A DNA stretch of 64,000 bases, taken from positions 1 through 64,000 of IMG/VR virus record IMGVR_UViG_3300021087_001082. One strand, given 5' to 3'. Both the position numbers and the translations under genes were made by a program. Source of the stretch: a virus (lineage: Duplodnaviria; Caudoviricetes). The notes under the pieces were generated by a model. That model saw only the letters and a program-made list of their open reading frames with translations. It made no database searches and was not told where the DNA came from. This document shows positions 36,175 through 45,761 of the stretch, piece by piece. Within the stretch, counting starts at the first letter, position 1; each line of letters starts with the position of its first letter.

Positions 36175-36660
36175 GTGAATGAAGCTGAAGATATTAGGGT
36201 AGCACCGAACTTTACCCTACCTGAATTACTAAAAAGTTCAACAGCAGATAGAATGGGCTTAGATAATACACCTGCCACAGATCAAGTTTTAGTTAATCTT
36301 ACCAATGTAGCAAATCATATTTTACAACCAGTTCGAGAAAAATTTGGACCAGTTCGTGTAAATAGTGGTTACAGAGGACCTGCTTTAAATAAGGCAGTTG
36401 GAGGATCTAAGACAAGTCAACATTGCCATGGAGAAGCAGCAGACTTTGAATGTTCAAGAGTTGGTAACGATGAGTTGGCAGAATGGGTCAGAGACAATTT
36501 AGAATTTGATCAGTTAATCTTAGAGTTCTATCAACAAGGAAAACCATCAAGTGGATGGGTTCATTGTAGTTTTAAAACAAATGGTAAAAATCGTGGAAAG
36601 ATTACGACTGCTTTGAGAGTTAATGGTAAAACTCAATATAAAGAAGGACTAATCAAATGA
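36175..36660 (+). CDS. peptidase M15A (putative endolysin)
   Basis: NFTLPEL, SGYR...LNKAVGGSKTSQHCHGEAAD, FDQLILE, WVHCS. Confidence 0.9.
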   Translation: MNEAEDIRVAPNFTLPELLKSSTADRMGLDNTPATDQVLVNLTNVANHILQPVREKFGPVRVNSGYRGPALNKAVGGSKTSQHCHGEAADFECSRVGNDELAEWVRDNLEFDQLILEFYQQGKPSSGWVHCSFKTNGKNRGKITTALRVNGKTQYKEGLIK

Positions 36661-36836
36661 GAGGGAGAATGGAAGATGAAACTTCTTATTTTAATTTACC
36701 TACAGTTCCTTTATACAATAGGAGCATTTACAGGTAGGTGTTGGATAGACCAACAGATATTATGGTGTTATAAAACACTAGAATCAAAGGGACATAAAGT
36801 AGAACATTATTATAGCATTCCTGAAAAACAAAATAA

Positions 36837-39341
36837 ATGAAATTTTACACTAATGTTCATCAAATTGGTGATCATATATTAGTAAGAGGATATGAGAATG
36901 GTCAGAAGTTCGATGACCGTGTTGAATATCGGCCTACCATTTTTATACCTTCTAGAGAGAAGTCAAGTCATACAACTATTGAGGGGAAATATCTATCCCC
37001 TGTTAAACCTGGAACAATAAAAGAAACAAGAGATTTTATTCGTAGATATGAAGGTGTTGATAACTTTCAAATTTATGGAATGAATACTTATAGGTATAGT
37101 TGGATCTATGATAACTTTCCAAAAGACAAAGGTATAGAATATGATTTTGGTTTATTGTCAATCGCGTCTATTGATATTGAGGTTGGTTCAGAACATGGCT
37201 TTCCTGATCCTATATCTGCAATTGAAGAAATACAAGCAATCACCGTTGGTAATAATGGGAAGTATTATGTTTTCGGTTGTGGGGATTATAAAGCCCATGA
37301 AGATAACATAGAATATTTTCAATGTTCTGATGAGAATCATTTACTTCAAGAGTTTCTTGGCTTCTGGGAAAAGCTAGCTCCAGATATTATTACAGGTTGG
37401 AATATTCAAGGCTTTGATATTCCTTATTTGTATAATCGCATAGTCAGGTTATATGAAGTTAAAGAAGCCCGCAGGCTATCTCCGTGGAGGTTAATACATG
37501 AGCGAGTTACTCAGTTTCGTGGAAAAGATGTTACTTTTCATGATATTATTGGCATTTCTGTTATTGACTATATTGACGTTTACAGACGTAATAGTCCCCC
37601 TGCTGAATCTTATCGGCTCGATTACATCGCATCAATAGAACTAGGAGAAAGAAAATTATCATTTGAAGAGTATGGTAATCTCTATACATTATATAAAGAA
37701 AACTTCCAACTGTTCATTGAATATAATATTAAAGACGTACAATTAGTTGAGCGATTAGAAGAAAAGAAAAAGTTAATCGAAATGGTAGTCGCTCTTGCAT
37801 ATGAAGCAAAAGTAAATTATCAAGATACATTTGGAATGGTTATGATGTGGGAAGTGATTCTCGCAAACGATTTAATGAATAGAAATATTGTTGTCCCACC
37901 AAAGAAAGATAATACAAAGAATAAAGCTTATGTAGGTGCGTATGTAAAGGAAGTACAAACAGGTATGCATAATTGGGTTGTTAGCTTCGATTTAAACAGC
38001 CTATATCCTCATTTAATTATGCAATACAATGTTAGTCCTGAAACTATTTTAACAGGTATTACACAGCAATGTGGCATTGATAACCTATTAAATAAGAAGA
38101 TCGATTTAGATAAGTTCTATGAAAAAGATATTACTATTGCAGCAAGTGGTCAAGCATTCAGAAAAGACACACAAGGATTCTTGCCTAGATTAATGCAAGA
38201 GAAGTATAATAATCGTGTCATCTTTAAAAAGAAGATGATTGAAGCAAAGAAGAAGTTAGAAAAAGAAACAGATCCAAAGAAGATTGATAAACTGCAGAAG
38301 GAAGCAGATTCGTTTGGTAATAAGCAGACCGCCATGAAGTTAATGCTTAATAGTGTTTATGGCGCTTTCGGTAATCCATATTTTAGATTTTATGATTTAA
38401 GAATTTCTGAGGCAATTACATTAGGAGGGCAGCTCAGTATCAGATGGGCGGAAACCACTGTCAATAATTATCTCAATCAAATATTGGAAACAAAGGAGGT
38501 TGATTATGTATTGGCATCGGATACTGACTCCCTCTATATTACTTTGGATGCTTTAGTTAAAAAGGTATTCCCAGAGGATGTGGAGACAACAAAGGTTATT
38601 GATTTTCTAGATAAGGTTTGTGAAGAGAAGATAACAAAGATAATTGATACAGGATATGCTGATTTAGCAAAGTATATGAATGCTTATGATCAGAAGATGT
38701 TTATGAAAAGAGAATGTCTTGCTGATAAAGGAATATGGACTGGTAAGAAACATTATATTTTAAATGTTCATGATAATGAAGGTGTTCGATATACAAATCC
38801 TCGAATTAAAGTTATGGGAATTGAATCTGTTAAATCTTCAACACCAACATCTTGTAGAGATAAATTAAAAAAGTCTTTTGATATTATCATTAATAAAGAT
38901 GAATTAGCCATACAACAATTTATTGCGGATTTTAGAACACAGTTTGAAAAAGAACCTATCGAGAATATTGCATTTCCTAGATCTGTAAAAGGAATTGAAA
39001 AGTATAATGGTGGACATACTTTATATGCTAAAGGAACACCGATACATGTGAAAGCAACACGTTTATATAATCATTTTTTAAAAGAGAAAAAGTTACAAAA
39101 TAAACATCCTTTAATTCAAGAGGGTGAGAAGATTAAGTTCGTTTATTTAAAACAACCTAACCCTATTAGGGATAGTGTGATAGCCATGATGGAGGGGCTA
39201 CCTGAAGAGTTTGGTCTCCATGATTACATTGATTATGAGAAGCAATTTGAGAAATCATTTAGGGGACCATTGAATGAAATACTGAAAGTAATTGGTTGGT
39301 CACCAGAGAAGGTAAGTTCTTTGGAAGCGTTTTTTGTTTGA
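36837..39341 (+). CDS. gp43: family B DNA polymerase (T4 gp43)
   Basis: DIEV exo I, SFDLNSLYPH, KLMLNSVYG, SDTDS; uninterrupted. Confidence 0.98.
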   Translation: MKFYTNVHQIGDHILVRGYENGQKFDDRVEYRPTIFIPSREKSSHTTIEGKYLSPVKPGTIKETRDFIRRYEGVDNFQIYGMNTYRYSWIYDNFPKDKGIEYDFGLLSIASIDIEVGSEHGFPDPISAIEEIQAITVGNNGKYYVFGCGDYKAHEDNIEYFQCSDENHLLQEFLGFWEKLAPDIITGWNIQGFDIPYLYNRIVRLYEVKEARRLSPWRLIHERVTQFRGKDVTFHDIIGISVIDYIDVYRRNSPPAESYRLDYIASIELGERKLSFEEYGNLYTLYKENFQLFIEYNIKDVQLVERLEEKKKLIEMVVALAYEAKVNYQDTFGMVMMWEVILANDLMNRNIVVPPKKDNTKNKAYVGAYVKEVQTGMHNWVVSFDLNSLYPHLIMQYNVSPETILTGITQQCGIDNLLNKKIDLDKFYEKDITIAASGQAFRKDTQGFLPRLMQEKYNNRVIFKKKMIEAKKKLEKETDPKKIDKLQKEADSFGNKQTAMKLMLNSVYGAFGNPYFRFYDLRISEAITLGGQLSIRWAETTVNNYLNQILETKEVDYVLASDTDSLYITLDALVKKVFPEDVETTKVIDFLDKVCEEKITKIIDTGYADLAKYMNAYDQKMFMKRECLADKGIWTGKKHYILNVHDNEGVRYTNPRIKVMGIESVKSSTPTSCRDKLKKSFDIIINKDELAIQQFIADFRTQFEKEPIENIAFPRSVKGIEKYNGGHTLYAKGTPIHVKATRLYNHFLKEKKLQNKHPLIQEGEKIKFVYLKQPNPIRDSVIAMMEGLPEEFGLHDYIDYEKQFEKSFRGPLNEILKVIGWSPEKVSSLEAFFV

Positions 39342-39367
39342 TAAATACTTAATAGTGGAGATTTGTT

Positions 39368-39865
39368 ATGAATAAATTATGGTACACTTGGCAGGAAATG
39401 TGTCTTGATGTTAATCAACTCTGTAGAGAGATTACATTAGATAACTTTACGCCGGACGTGATCGTGGGTTTAAGTAGGGGAGGTCTAACGCCTGGCGTTA
39501 TGATGTCTCATTGGTTAAAAAAACCTTTTAAGCCCGTGAAGAGCTCTCTTAGAGATTTTCCAGAATGGGAAGATTATCTTCCTAGAAAATCAGATGAGAG
39601 GGTTTTAATAGTAGATGACATATGCGATAGTGGTGAAACGTTTGAACGTATATCATCTTTTATTAAGGGCCCAAGAAAGGATCAGCCCTTAGAAATCAGT
39701 TGTGATGTAAAATTTGCATCCCTCTGGTGGAATAATGAAGTTAAATTCGAACCTCATTATTACGTAAGGGAGGTAGCAAAAGATACCGAGAATCTCTGGA
39801 TTCATTTTCCATGGGAATCATGGTGGTCTGCGCCTCTTACTTTTCAAAACAATTTAAAAGGATAA
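39368..39865 (+). CDS. type I phosphoribosyltransferase (xanthine/guanine PRT-like)
   Basis: GLSRGGL, VLIVDDICDSGET, WIHFPWE. Confidence 0.88.
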   Translation: MNKLWYTWQEMCLDVNQLCREITLDNFTPDVIVGLSRGGLTPGVMMSHWLKKPFKPVKSSLRDFPEWEDYLPRKSDERVLIVDDICDSGETFERISSFIKGPRKDQPLEISCDVKFASLWWNNEVKFEPHYYVREVAKDTENLWIHFPWESWWSAPLTFQNNLKG

Positions 39866-39868
39866 TTT

Positions 39869-40090
39869 ATGTTAGATAACGTGCTCGGTTGGATTAGAGG
39901 TATAACCGAATTAGGTCTTGCAATAATTGCTCTTGGCGTTGTTCTTCAAGTAATTTTTGGTGCAGCTGTACCATTTCTCGGAATGGATATCGTGGGTTCA
40001 GTAGTGTCACTCGTAAAACAATTAGGTGCAGAAGGATTAATCGGCCTAGTTTCAATATGGGTACTTTGGGGAATCTACTCTAAGAGGTAA
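39869..40090 (+). CDS. small membrane protein
   Basis: two hydrophobic helices. Confidence 0.7.
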   Translation: MLDNVLGWIRGITELGLAIIALGVVLQVIFGAAVPFLGMDIVGSVVSLVKQLGAEGLIGLVSIWVLWGIYSKR

Positions 40091-40104
40091 GATAACTAAA
40101 AAAT

Positions 40105-40129
40105 AAAAGGCCTCTTCGGGGGCCTTTTT
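40105..40129 (+). terminator. intrinsic terminator with UUCG tetraloop
   Basis: AAAAGGCCTC-TTCG-GGGGCCTTTTT. Confidence 0.9.
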
Positions 40130-40213
40130 ATACGCGAGAGCGGTGAAGGGGTTGGAAGACCCGTTAATGATGAGCGAGAGAGATTAACACACACTTTTCT
40201 TGGAAGGAGAAAA

Positions 40214-41305
40214 ATGAAAAAATTAATTTCAATTTTTATAATTTTGGTTGCAGGTGCAACCTTATTTGGTATTACGGCAGTTAGTAAAAAATTGCCTTCA
40301 GTTGGTTATGTTCTAGTGGGACCAAAAAACGATGGCGGATGGTCAATGAGACATTATCATGGATTCATGTCATTAAAAAAACATGGTTATAACGTAGCTG
40401 GTGTCGAAATGGTACCAGAATCAGAATCAACAAAAGTATTTCGTAAACTTGCCAGAAAACATGATATTGTCTTTGCAACTTCATTCGGTTATATGGATGG
40501 AATGGTAAAAGCTGCAACGAAAGACCCAGATACAATTTTCATGCATGCCACAGGTTACAAGGGTAATGATACAAATATGGACAACTACGTTTGTCACTCA
40601 TTTCAAGCACGATACCTAACAGGGATTGCGGCTGGAATGTTGACAAAGACAAATAAGATTGGTGTAGTTGGCTCACACCCTATTCCTGAAATTATTCGTA
40701 ATATTAATGCACTTACACTTGGTGCACAAACAGTAAATCCTGATATTGAAGTTTCTATAGTATGGATAAATTCTTGGTTTGATCCACCTAAAGATATGGA
40801 TGCGGCCAAGGCTCTTCTTGATGCAGGAAATGATATACTCTATACAACAACCGATTCACCTAGTGTAGTTGCTCTTGCTCAACAAGCATGGAAAACTAAT
40901 GGTAAAGAAGTTTGGAGTATGGGTAATGATGCACCTATGGGAAGTAACGGCCCAGACCGATACATCACAGGAATGATGTTCAACTGGAATGTTCTTTACA
41001 AACATATCGTTGACCAACTTGCAGCTGGAAAACTCAAAATGAACCAGAGATGGAATTGGGGCTTACAAGAAAATTGTGTAGGTCTATCTCCATGGGGTAA
41101 GAATGTTCCGGGTGAAGTTGTTAATAAAGTTGAAACCGTCAAGATGCAATGGATTCAAGATGATCTGGATACATTCTTTCCTTTTGATCAAGGAATCACA
41201 AAAGCTGATGGAAGCACAGTTGGTAAAGGTGAAATTGCTAGACCTCAAATAGAAACTATGCAATATTTTGTTAAAGGGGTTGTTTCCCGATTTCCCTCAA
41301 AATAA
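40214..41305 (+). CDS. BMP/PnrA-family substrate-binding protein (purine nucleoside-type)
   Basis: signal peptide, VGPKNDGGWS, ATSFGYMD, YLTGIAAG, PIPEIIRNINA, WINSWFDP. Confidence 0.92.
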   Translation: MKKLISIFIILVAGATLFGITAVSKKLPSVGYVLVGPKNDGGWSMRHYHGFMSLKKHGYNVAGVEMVPESESTKVFRKLARKHDIVFATSFGYMDGMVKAATKDPDTIFMHATGYKGNDTNMDNYVCHSFQARYLTGIAAGMLTKTNKIGVVGSHPIPEIIRNINALTLGAQTVNPDIEVSIVWINSWFDPPKDMDAAKALLDAGNDILYTTTDSPSVVALAQQAWKTNGKEVWSMGNDAPMGSNGPDRYITGMMFNWNVLYKHIVDQLAAGKLKMNQRWNWGLQENCVGLSPWGKNVPGEVVNKVETVKMQWIQDDLDTFFPFDQGITKADGSTVGKGEIARPQIETMQYFVKGVVSRFPSK

Positions 41306-41322
41306 TATAATGAAAGGTATAT

Positions 41323-42456
41323 ATGGAAGGCTTATTTGAAAGCATTCTGACCGCAGTAGCGGTTGTTATTAATGGTATCCCTCAGGGAATTTTGGCGTTA
41401 AGCTTTGGCTTCGCAGCTTTTCCTACGGCAATAGCATTTGTAATTGGTATCATTGGTTCGGCATTCTTTATGTCTGTCGCAACTATATCCTTTCAAGCAG
41501 AAACAATCACGTTAGCTGGTACTCTAGGTAATAATATAAAAGAAAGACTTTCTCTTATATTTTGGGGTGCCACCCTACTGTTGATTCCCTCTTTGCTTGG
41601 AATGAATGAAGCGTTAGTTAATTTTATTGGTCCCCTAGTTGTCACATCAATGATGGCTGGAGTGGGTATTATGTTAGCGAATGTTTCTGTAGATTTGTTT
41701 AAGTCAGAAAAATGGACAGGAGGAGTATCTTTAATTAGTGCTTTACTTGCTTGGTTTTGGACTAAAGACTTAGCACAAACAATTATATGGTCCGTGAGTT
41801 TATCTACACTTTTTTATGTTGCATTAAAGTTTTATGCTCCATTACGCGAAAAGTTAGGTGTCGTACTAGAAGAAATTGTAGTAGACAGCTCACGCGAAAA
41901 GTTTACAACGGGCAACATTGAGTGGAAGTTTTGGACTAATAGAAACATCGTTATTGGTGCTTTATCATTAGCATGTTTAAACATTGGGGCCAATATTTCA
42001 TTTGGTAAAATTACTGGAAGTATTGCAGGGACTAATACAAATATAGATCATCTTGCAATTTATTCTAGTCTTGCAGATATGGGCTCAGCATTCTTTGGTG
42101 GTGGTCCAGTTGAAGCGATAATTTCTGGAACTGCGGCCGCACCTATGCCAATAGTTGCATCTTGTATTATGATGGGAATTATGGCAGTTATTCTATTAAG
42201 CAAAGCATTGCCTTTGATCGGGCAGTATGTACATAGAGCATCTATTGCAGGTTTTCTTTTTGTATTAGGTGTATTCGTTACCTTTGCTACAAATATTGCT
42301 GGTGCTATTAGCATTGGTGGAACCTTTGCTGGACCATATGGATTTGGAGCAGCAGGAATGGTAATTGGCGCTGCAGCATTTGTAACTGCAAAATTTAATC
42401 CTTTTTATGGTTTGCTTGCAGGATTTGCTACAAGCCTAATCATGATGGGGGCTTAA
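41323..42456 (+). CDS. NCS2/xanthine-uracil-like permease
   Basis: multi-TM; ISFQAETI, FGGGPVEAIISGTA. Confidence 0.7.
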   Translation: MEGLFESILTAVAVVINGIPQGILALSFGFAAFPTAIAFVIGIIGSAFFMSVATISFQAETITLAGTLGNNIKERLSLIFWGATLLLIPSLLGMNEALVNFIGPLVVTSMMAGVGIMLANVSVDLFKSEKWTGGVSLISALLAWFWTKDLAQTIIWSVSLSTLFYVALKFYAPLREKLGVVLEEIVVDSSREKFTTGNIEWKFWTNRNIVIGALSLACLNIGANISFGKITGSIAGTNTNIDHLAIYSSLADMGSAFFGGGPVEAIISGTAAAPMPIVASCIMMGIMAVILLSKALPLIGQYVHRASIAGFLFVLGVFVTFATNIAGAISIGGTFAGPYGFGAAGMVIGAAAFVTAKFNPFYGLLAGFATSLIMMGA

Positions 42457-42457
42457 T

Positions 42458-43048
42458 ATGGCTTGGGGAGAACCTTTTACAGATGAGTTCTACGAATTAA
42501 AAGTCGCAGGACTTACACGTAAGTTACCCAAAGTCAAAATCAATGACGAGCTCGCTATTGCGAGCTTTGTCATATTGGGTGATACAGAATTAATAGAAGA
42601 ATGTGCTGAAGCAATGATTCTTCTGAATAATTTTCCAAAGAAAGATGAAATTGATATTTTTTGTACACCAGAAGCAAAGGGAATACCGTTGGTACATACC
42701 ATTGCAAGAAGGTTAGAAAAAGATTATGTCATTGCAAGAAAATCTATCAAAGGATATATGAATGATCCTATGATAGAAAAAGTTCAATCTATCACTACAA
42801 TCGGCGCACAAACACTTGTCCTTGATAGGAGTGATGTTAAGAAATTAGAAGGAAAGAGAGTAGGTATTATTGATGATGTAGTATCTACAGGGGGCTCTTT
42901 GATAGGACTTCAGACAATGTTAGAAAAAATTGATTGTTCTATTGTATGTAAAGCAGCTGTTTTATTGGAAGAGGCTGGATATGCCAAAGGTGATATACTT
43001 TATTTAGAAAAACTCCCAATTTTTAAACCAGATGATTCCGATAATTGA
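42458..43048 (+). CDS. apt: adenine phosphoribosyltransferase-like
   Basis: TPEAKGIPL, VIARKS, IIDDVVSTGGS. Confidence 0.8.
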   Translation: MAWGEPFTDEFYELKVAGLTRKLPKVKINDELAIASFVILGDTELIEECAEAMILLNNFPKKDEIDIFCTPEAKGIPLVHTIARRLEKDYVIARKSIKGYMNDPMIEKVQSITTIGAQTLVLDRSDVKKLEGKRVGIIDDVVSTGGSLIGLQTMLEKIDCSIVCKAAVLLEEAGYAKGDILYLEKLPIFKPDDSDN

Positions 43049-43928
43049 TTTGAAAAGTGATACTTGCGAAGCGCAGATGTATGACGCTTATACAACTGTG
43101 GGATTCGCAGTATTCACTAATGTTTATGATGAGTGGCTATCAGAATTTCAAGACTGGAAGCAACTCATGGACGAGTTCTTCCAACTACCATTAGATGTGA
43201 AAAAGAAATATGTATATAATGGAGTAAAGGGTTCCTCAACATGTCGTGCCGGCTGGGGCGAGATGGGTTATATTCAGAGTCGAGATGGTGATTCGAAAGA
43301 ATCATATAATTGGATTGAACCAGCAAGAATGCAAGAACAATATTGGCCTACAGAAATTCCAGAGTTTAAACCATTAGCTCAATCTATCCTTCAGATCTCT
43401 CAACGTCTTTCTTATCAATTTTTCAATAAGTTTGAAAGTATGTTCAAACATAAAAAAGGATATTTAATAGATAAGCATACGAATGGTTATGTTAATATGA
43501 GAATGCTTCATTATCCAGCGCACAAGAAGCAAGAGGATCACGAGTTCGGAGGAGAACATACTGATTATGGTTCTATCACTTTACTCTTTCGTTTCGATGA
43601 TGTTGGAGGTTTACAAGTACAGGATAGAAAAACAGATGAATGGATTGATGCTCCTGTAGTGAAAAATTCAATAGTATTAAACATTGGAGATATGTTTCAA
43701 AGATGGTCTAATGATACGTTAAAATCAACTAATCATAGAGTTGTTAATACAGTTCATACAAACTCTAGATATTCAATGCCGTATTTTGTAGATCCCGGTA
43801 GAGATGTATTAATTAAGAATTTCACAGATGAACCAGATAAACATTTACCAATTTCTACCGATGAATATTTTAAACAGACACTAGCTCTACACAATGTTGA
43901 ACAGAGTTGGGAACAACAGATTAATTAA
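43032..43928 (+). CDS. isopenicillin N synthase-family 2OG-Fe(II) dioxygenase
   Basis: IPIIDL, RMLHYP, HTDYGSITLL, GGLQV, NIGDMFQRWSND, HRV, RYSMPYF. Confidence 0.92.
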   Translation: MIPIIDLKSDTCEAQMYDAYTTVGFAVFTNVYDEWLSEFQDWKQLMDEFFQLPLDVKKKYVYNGVKGSSTCRAGWGEMGYIQSRDGDSKESYNWIEPARMQEQYWPTEIPEFKPLAQSILQISQRLSYQFFNKFESMFKHKKGYLIDKHTNGYVNMRMLHYPAHKKQEDHEFGGEHTDYGSITLLFRFDDVGGLQVQDRKTDEWIDAPVVKNSIVLNIGDMFQRWSNDTLKSTNHRVVNTVHTNSRYSMPYFVDPGRDVLIKNFTDEPDKHLPISTDEYFKQTLALHNVEQSWEQQIN

Positions 43929-43938
43929 AAAGGAAAAT

Positions 43939-44244
43939 ATGTTACCAGTATTATTATTTAATGTGATTTCAGGACTTGTTATGGACAAAGCTCAAGACCT
44001 TGCGAAAGAACACGTGGAAGCAATGATTGATAGTATCATTCCAGATGATGCAAAAGAAGAGTTAGATGATCTCGTTAAATCAGATCCTACTCACATGTTT
44101 GAAACAGCAAAAGATGCTTTAGTAGGTGCAGTCGAAGGAAAGCTTCCTATACCATTAAAAGATGGAACTATTAAACCTATAGAACTTATTATTAAAGTGA
44201 AATTCGATCCTACCACTATGGATTTAGATATCGAAAAAGCTTGA
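43939..44244 (+). CDS. hypothetical protein
   Basis: AAGGA SD before MLPVLLF. Confidence 0.6.
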   Translation: MLPVLLFNVISGLVMDKAQDLAKEHVEAMIDSIIPDDAKEELDDLVKSDPTHMFETAKDALVGAVEGKLPIPLKDGTIKPIELIIKVKFDPTTMDLDIEKA

Positions 44245-44269
44245 CATTTGTTTTAACCTGTGGTATAAT
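44241..44269 (+). promoter_or_regulatory. sigma70-type early promoter
   Basis: TTGACA-N17-TATAAT. Confidence 0.85.
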
Positions 44270-44296
44270 ATATAATGATTAAAGTGAAAGGATTAA

Positions 44297-45361
44297 ATGA
44301 GTTATTTTGATGAAATGTTGAAAGTAGCGAACAACACTTATGGTTCAAAAGTGAGTGATGGTGTTGAAGCTGGAGATGTCGAAAGTTATATCGACACAGG
44401 ATCATACATATTAAATGGATTATTATCTGGGAGTATCTATGGAGGATTACCTTCTAATAAAATCACTGCGTTCGCTGGTGAAAGTTCTACAGGAAAAACT
44501 TTCTTTGTCTTGGGTTGTGTCAGACAGTTTCTTGCAGATAATCCTAGCGGCGGTGTTATTTACTTTGAGTCTGAATCCGCTTTAACAAAACAGATGATAG
44601 AATCAAGAGGAATTGATTCTAACCGAATGATTATCCTGCCCGTTGCAACAGTTCAAGAATTTAGAACACAAGCAACAAAAATTTTAGAAAAACATTTAGA
44701 AGAATCTGAAAAAGATCGACCACCAATGATGTTATGTTTAGATTCATTAGGTAATCTTTCTACCTCTAAAGAGATGGAAGATGTTAGCGATGGTAAAGAG
44801 ACCAGAGATATGACCAGAGCTCAAATGGTTAAAGGAACATTTAGAGTTCTTACTTTGTTAGGAGGTAAAGCAAAGGTTCCTCTTGTTGTTACTAATCACA
44901 CATATGATCAAATAGGGACACTGTTTCCTCAAAAGATTATGGGTGGTGGAACCGGTCTCCATTATGCCGCATCTAGCATAGTATTCCTGTCTAAGAAGAA
45001 AGAAAAGGATGGGACTGAGGTAATTGGTAATATAGTCCATTGTAGAAATTTTAAATCTCGGCTCACTAAAGAGAATAAGATGATTGATGTTCTTCTTACT
45101 TATAAAGAAGGATTAAATCGTTATTATGGTTTAGCAGAATTAGCTGAGAAGTATGGAATCTTTAAAAAGGTTTCTACTAGATTAGAAATGCCAGATGGTG
45201 AAAAAGTTTTCTTGAAATCAATTCTAAAAAATCCTACTAAGTATTTTACCAAAGAGATTTTAGATAAAATAGATGCAGTAGCCCATAAAGAATTTCTTTA
45301 TGGTGAAGTCGGTCTTGAAGAAGAAGCAGCAGAGGAAGAGGATGTCGAACGAACTGACTAA
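44297..45361 (+). CDS. uvsX: RecA-like recombinase UvsX
   Basis: [28 protein letters not shown]. Confidence 0.96.
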   Translation: MSYFDEMLKVANNTYGSKVSDGVEAGDVESYIDTGSYILNGLLSGSIYGGLPSNKITAFAGESSTGKTFFVLGCVRQFLADNPSGGVIYFESESALTKQMIESRGIDSNRMIILPVATVQEFRTQATKILEKHLEESEKDRPPMMLCLDSLGNLSTSKEMEDVSDGKETRDMTRAQMVKGTFRVLTLLGGKAKVPLVVTNHTYDQIGTLFPQKIMGGGTGLHYAASSIVFLSKKKEKDGTEVIGNIVHCRNFKSRLTKENKMIDVLLTYKEGLNRYYGLAELAEKYGIFKKVSTRLEMPDGEKVFLKSILKNPTKYFTKEILDKIDAVAHKEFLYGEVGLEEEAAEEEDVERTD

Positions 45362-45761
45362 AGAAGATTATGTTAGGATTAATACTTATTATAGATTAGT
45401 CCCTCATCCAGAATATCCTGATGATATTGCTAATCAATGCATAGAGATGACAACCGGACCTTTTAAAGGTGTCATTTATAAGTATGGTAAATTTCAAGTA
45501 GCCCCGCCAGATGCAGAAGATGAAAGTACTGCAAAGTATGAATATGATGTAATACTAGTTCCACCTGAATTAGAAGGAGTTGAACACTCTGATGAAGAAG
45601 GTGAAGAATTTGAATTTATGATTGGTGAAATATTAGTGAAATTATTATGGGACAGATATTTAGAACAAGACAACGCAGAAATGACAAACCCAATAACCTT
45701 TGTGGAGGACGATGAATCAACGGATAGAGCACCTAATACTATCTCATTTGATACACAATGA
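45342..45761 (+). CDS. hypothetical protein at the T4 gene 40 position
   Basis: lies between uvsX and gp41; family not confirmed. Confidence 0.6.
   Translation: MSNELTKEDYVRINTYYRLVPHPEYPDDIANQCIEMTTGPFKGVIYKYGKFQVAPPDAEDESTAKYEYDVILVPPELEGVEHSDEEGEEFEFMIGEILVKLLWDRYLEQDNAEMTNPITFVEDDESTDRAPNTISFDTQ

Noticed and set aside
36837-39341. Intein or intron in gp43 (also checked gp41 and nrdJ)
   Set aside because: Lengths are normal, motifs are contiguous, and there are no intein termini or homing endonuclease motifs.
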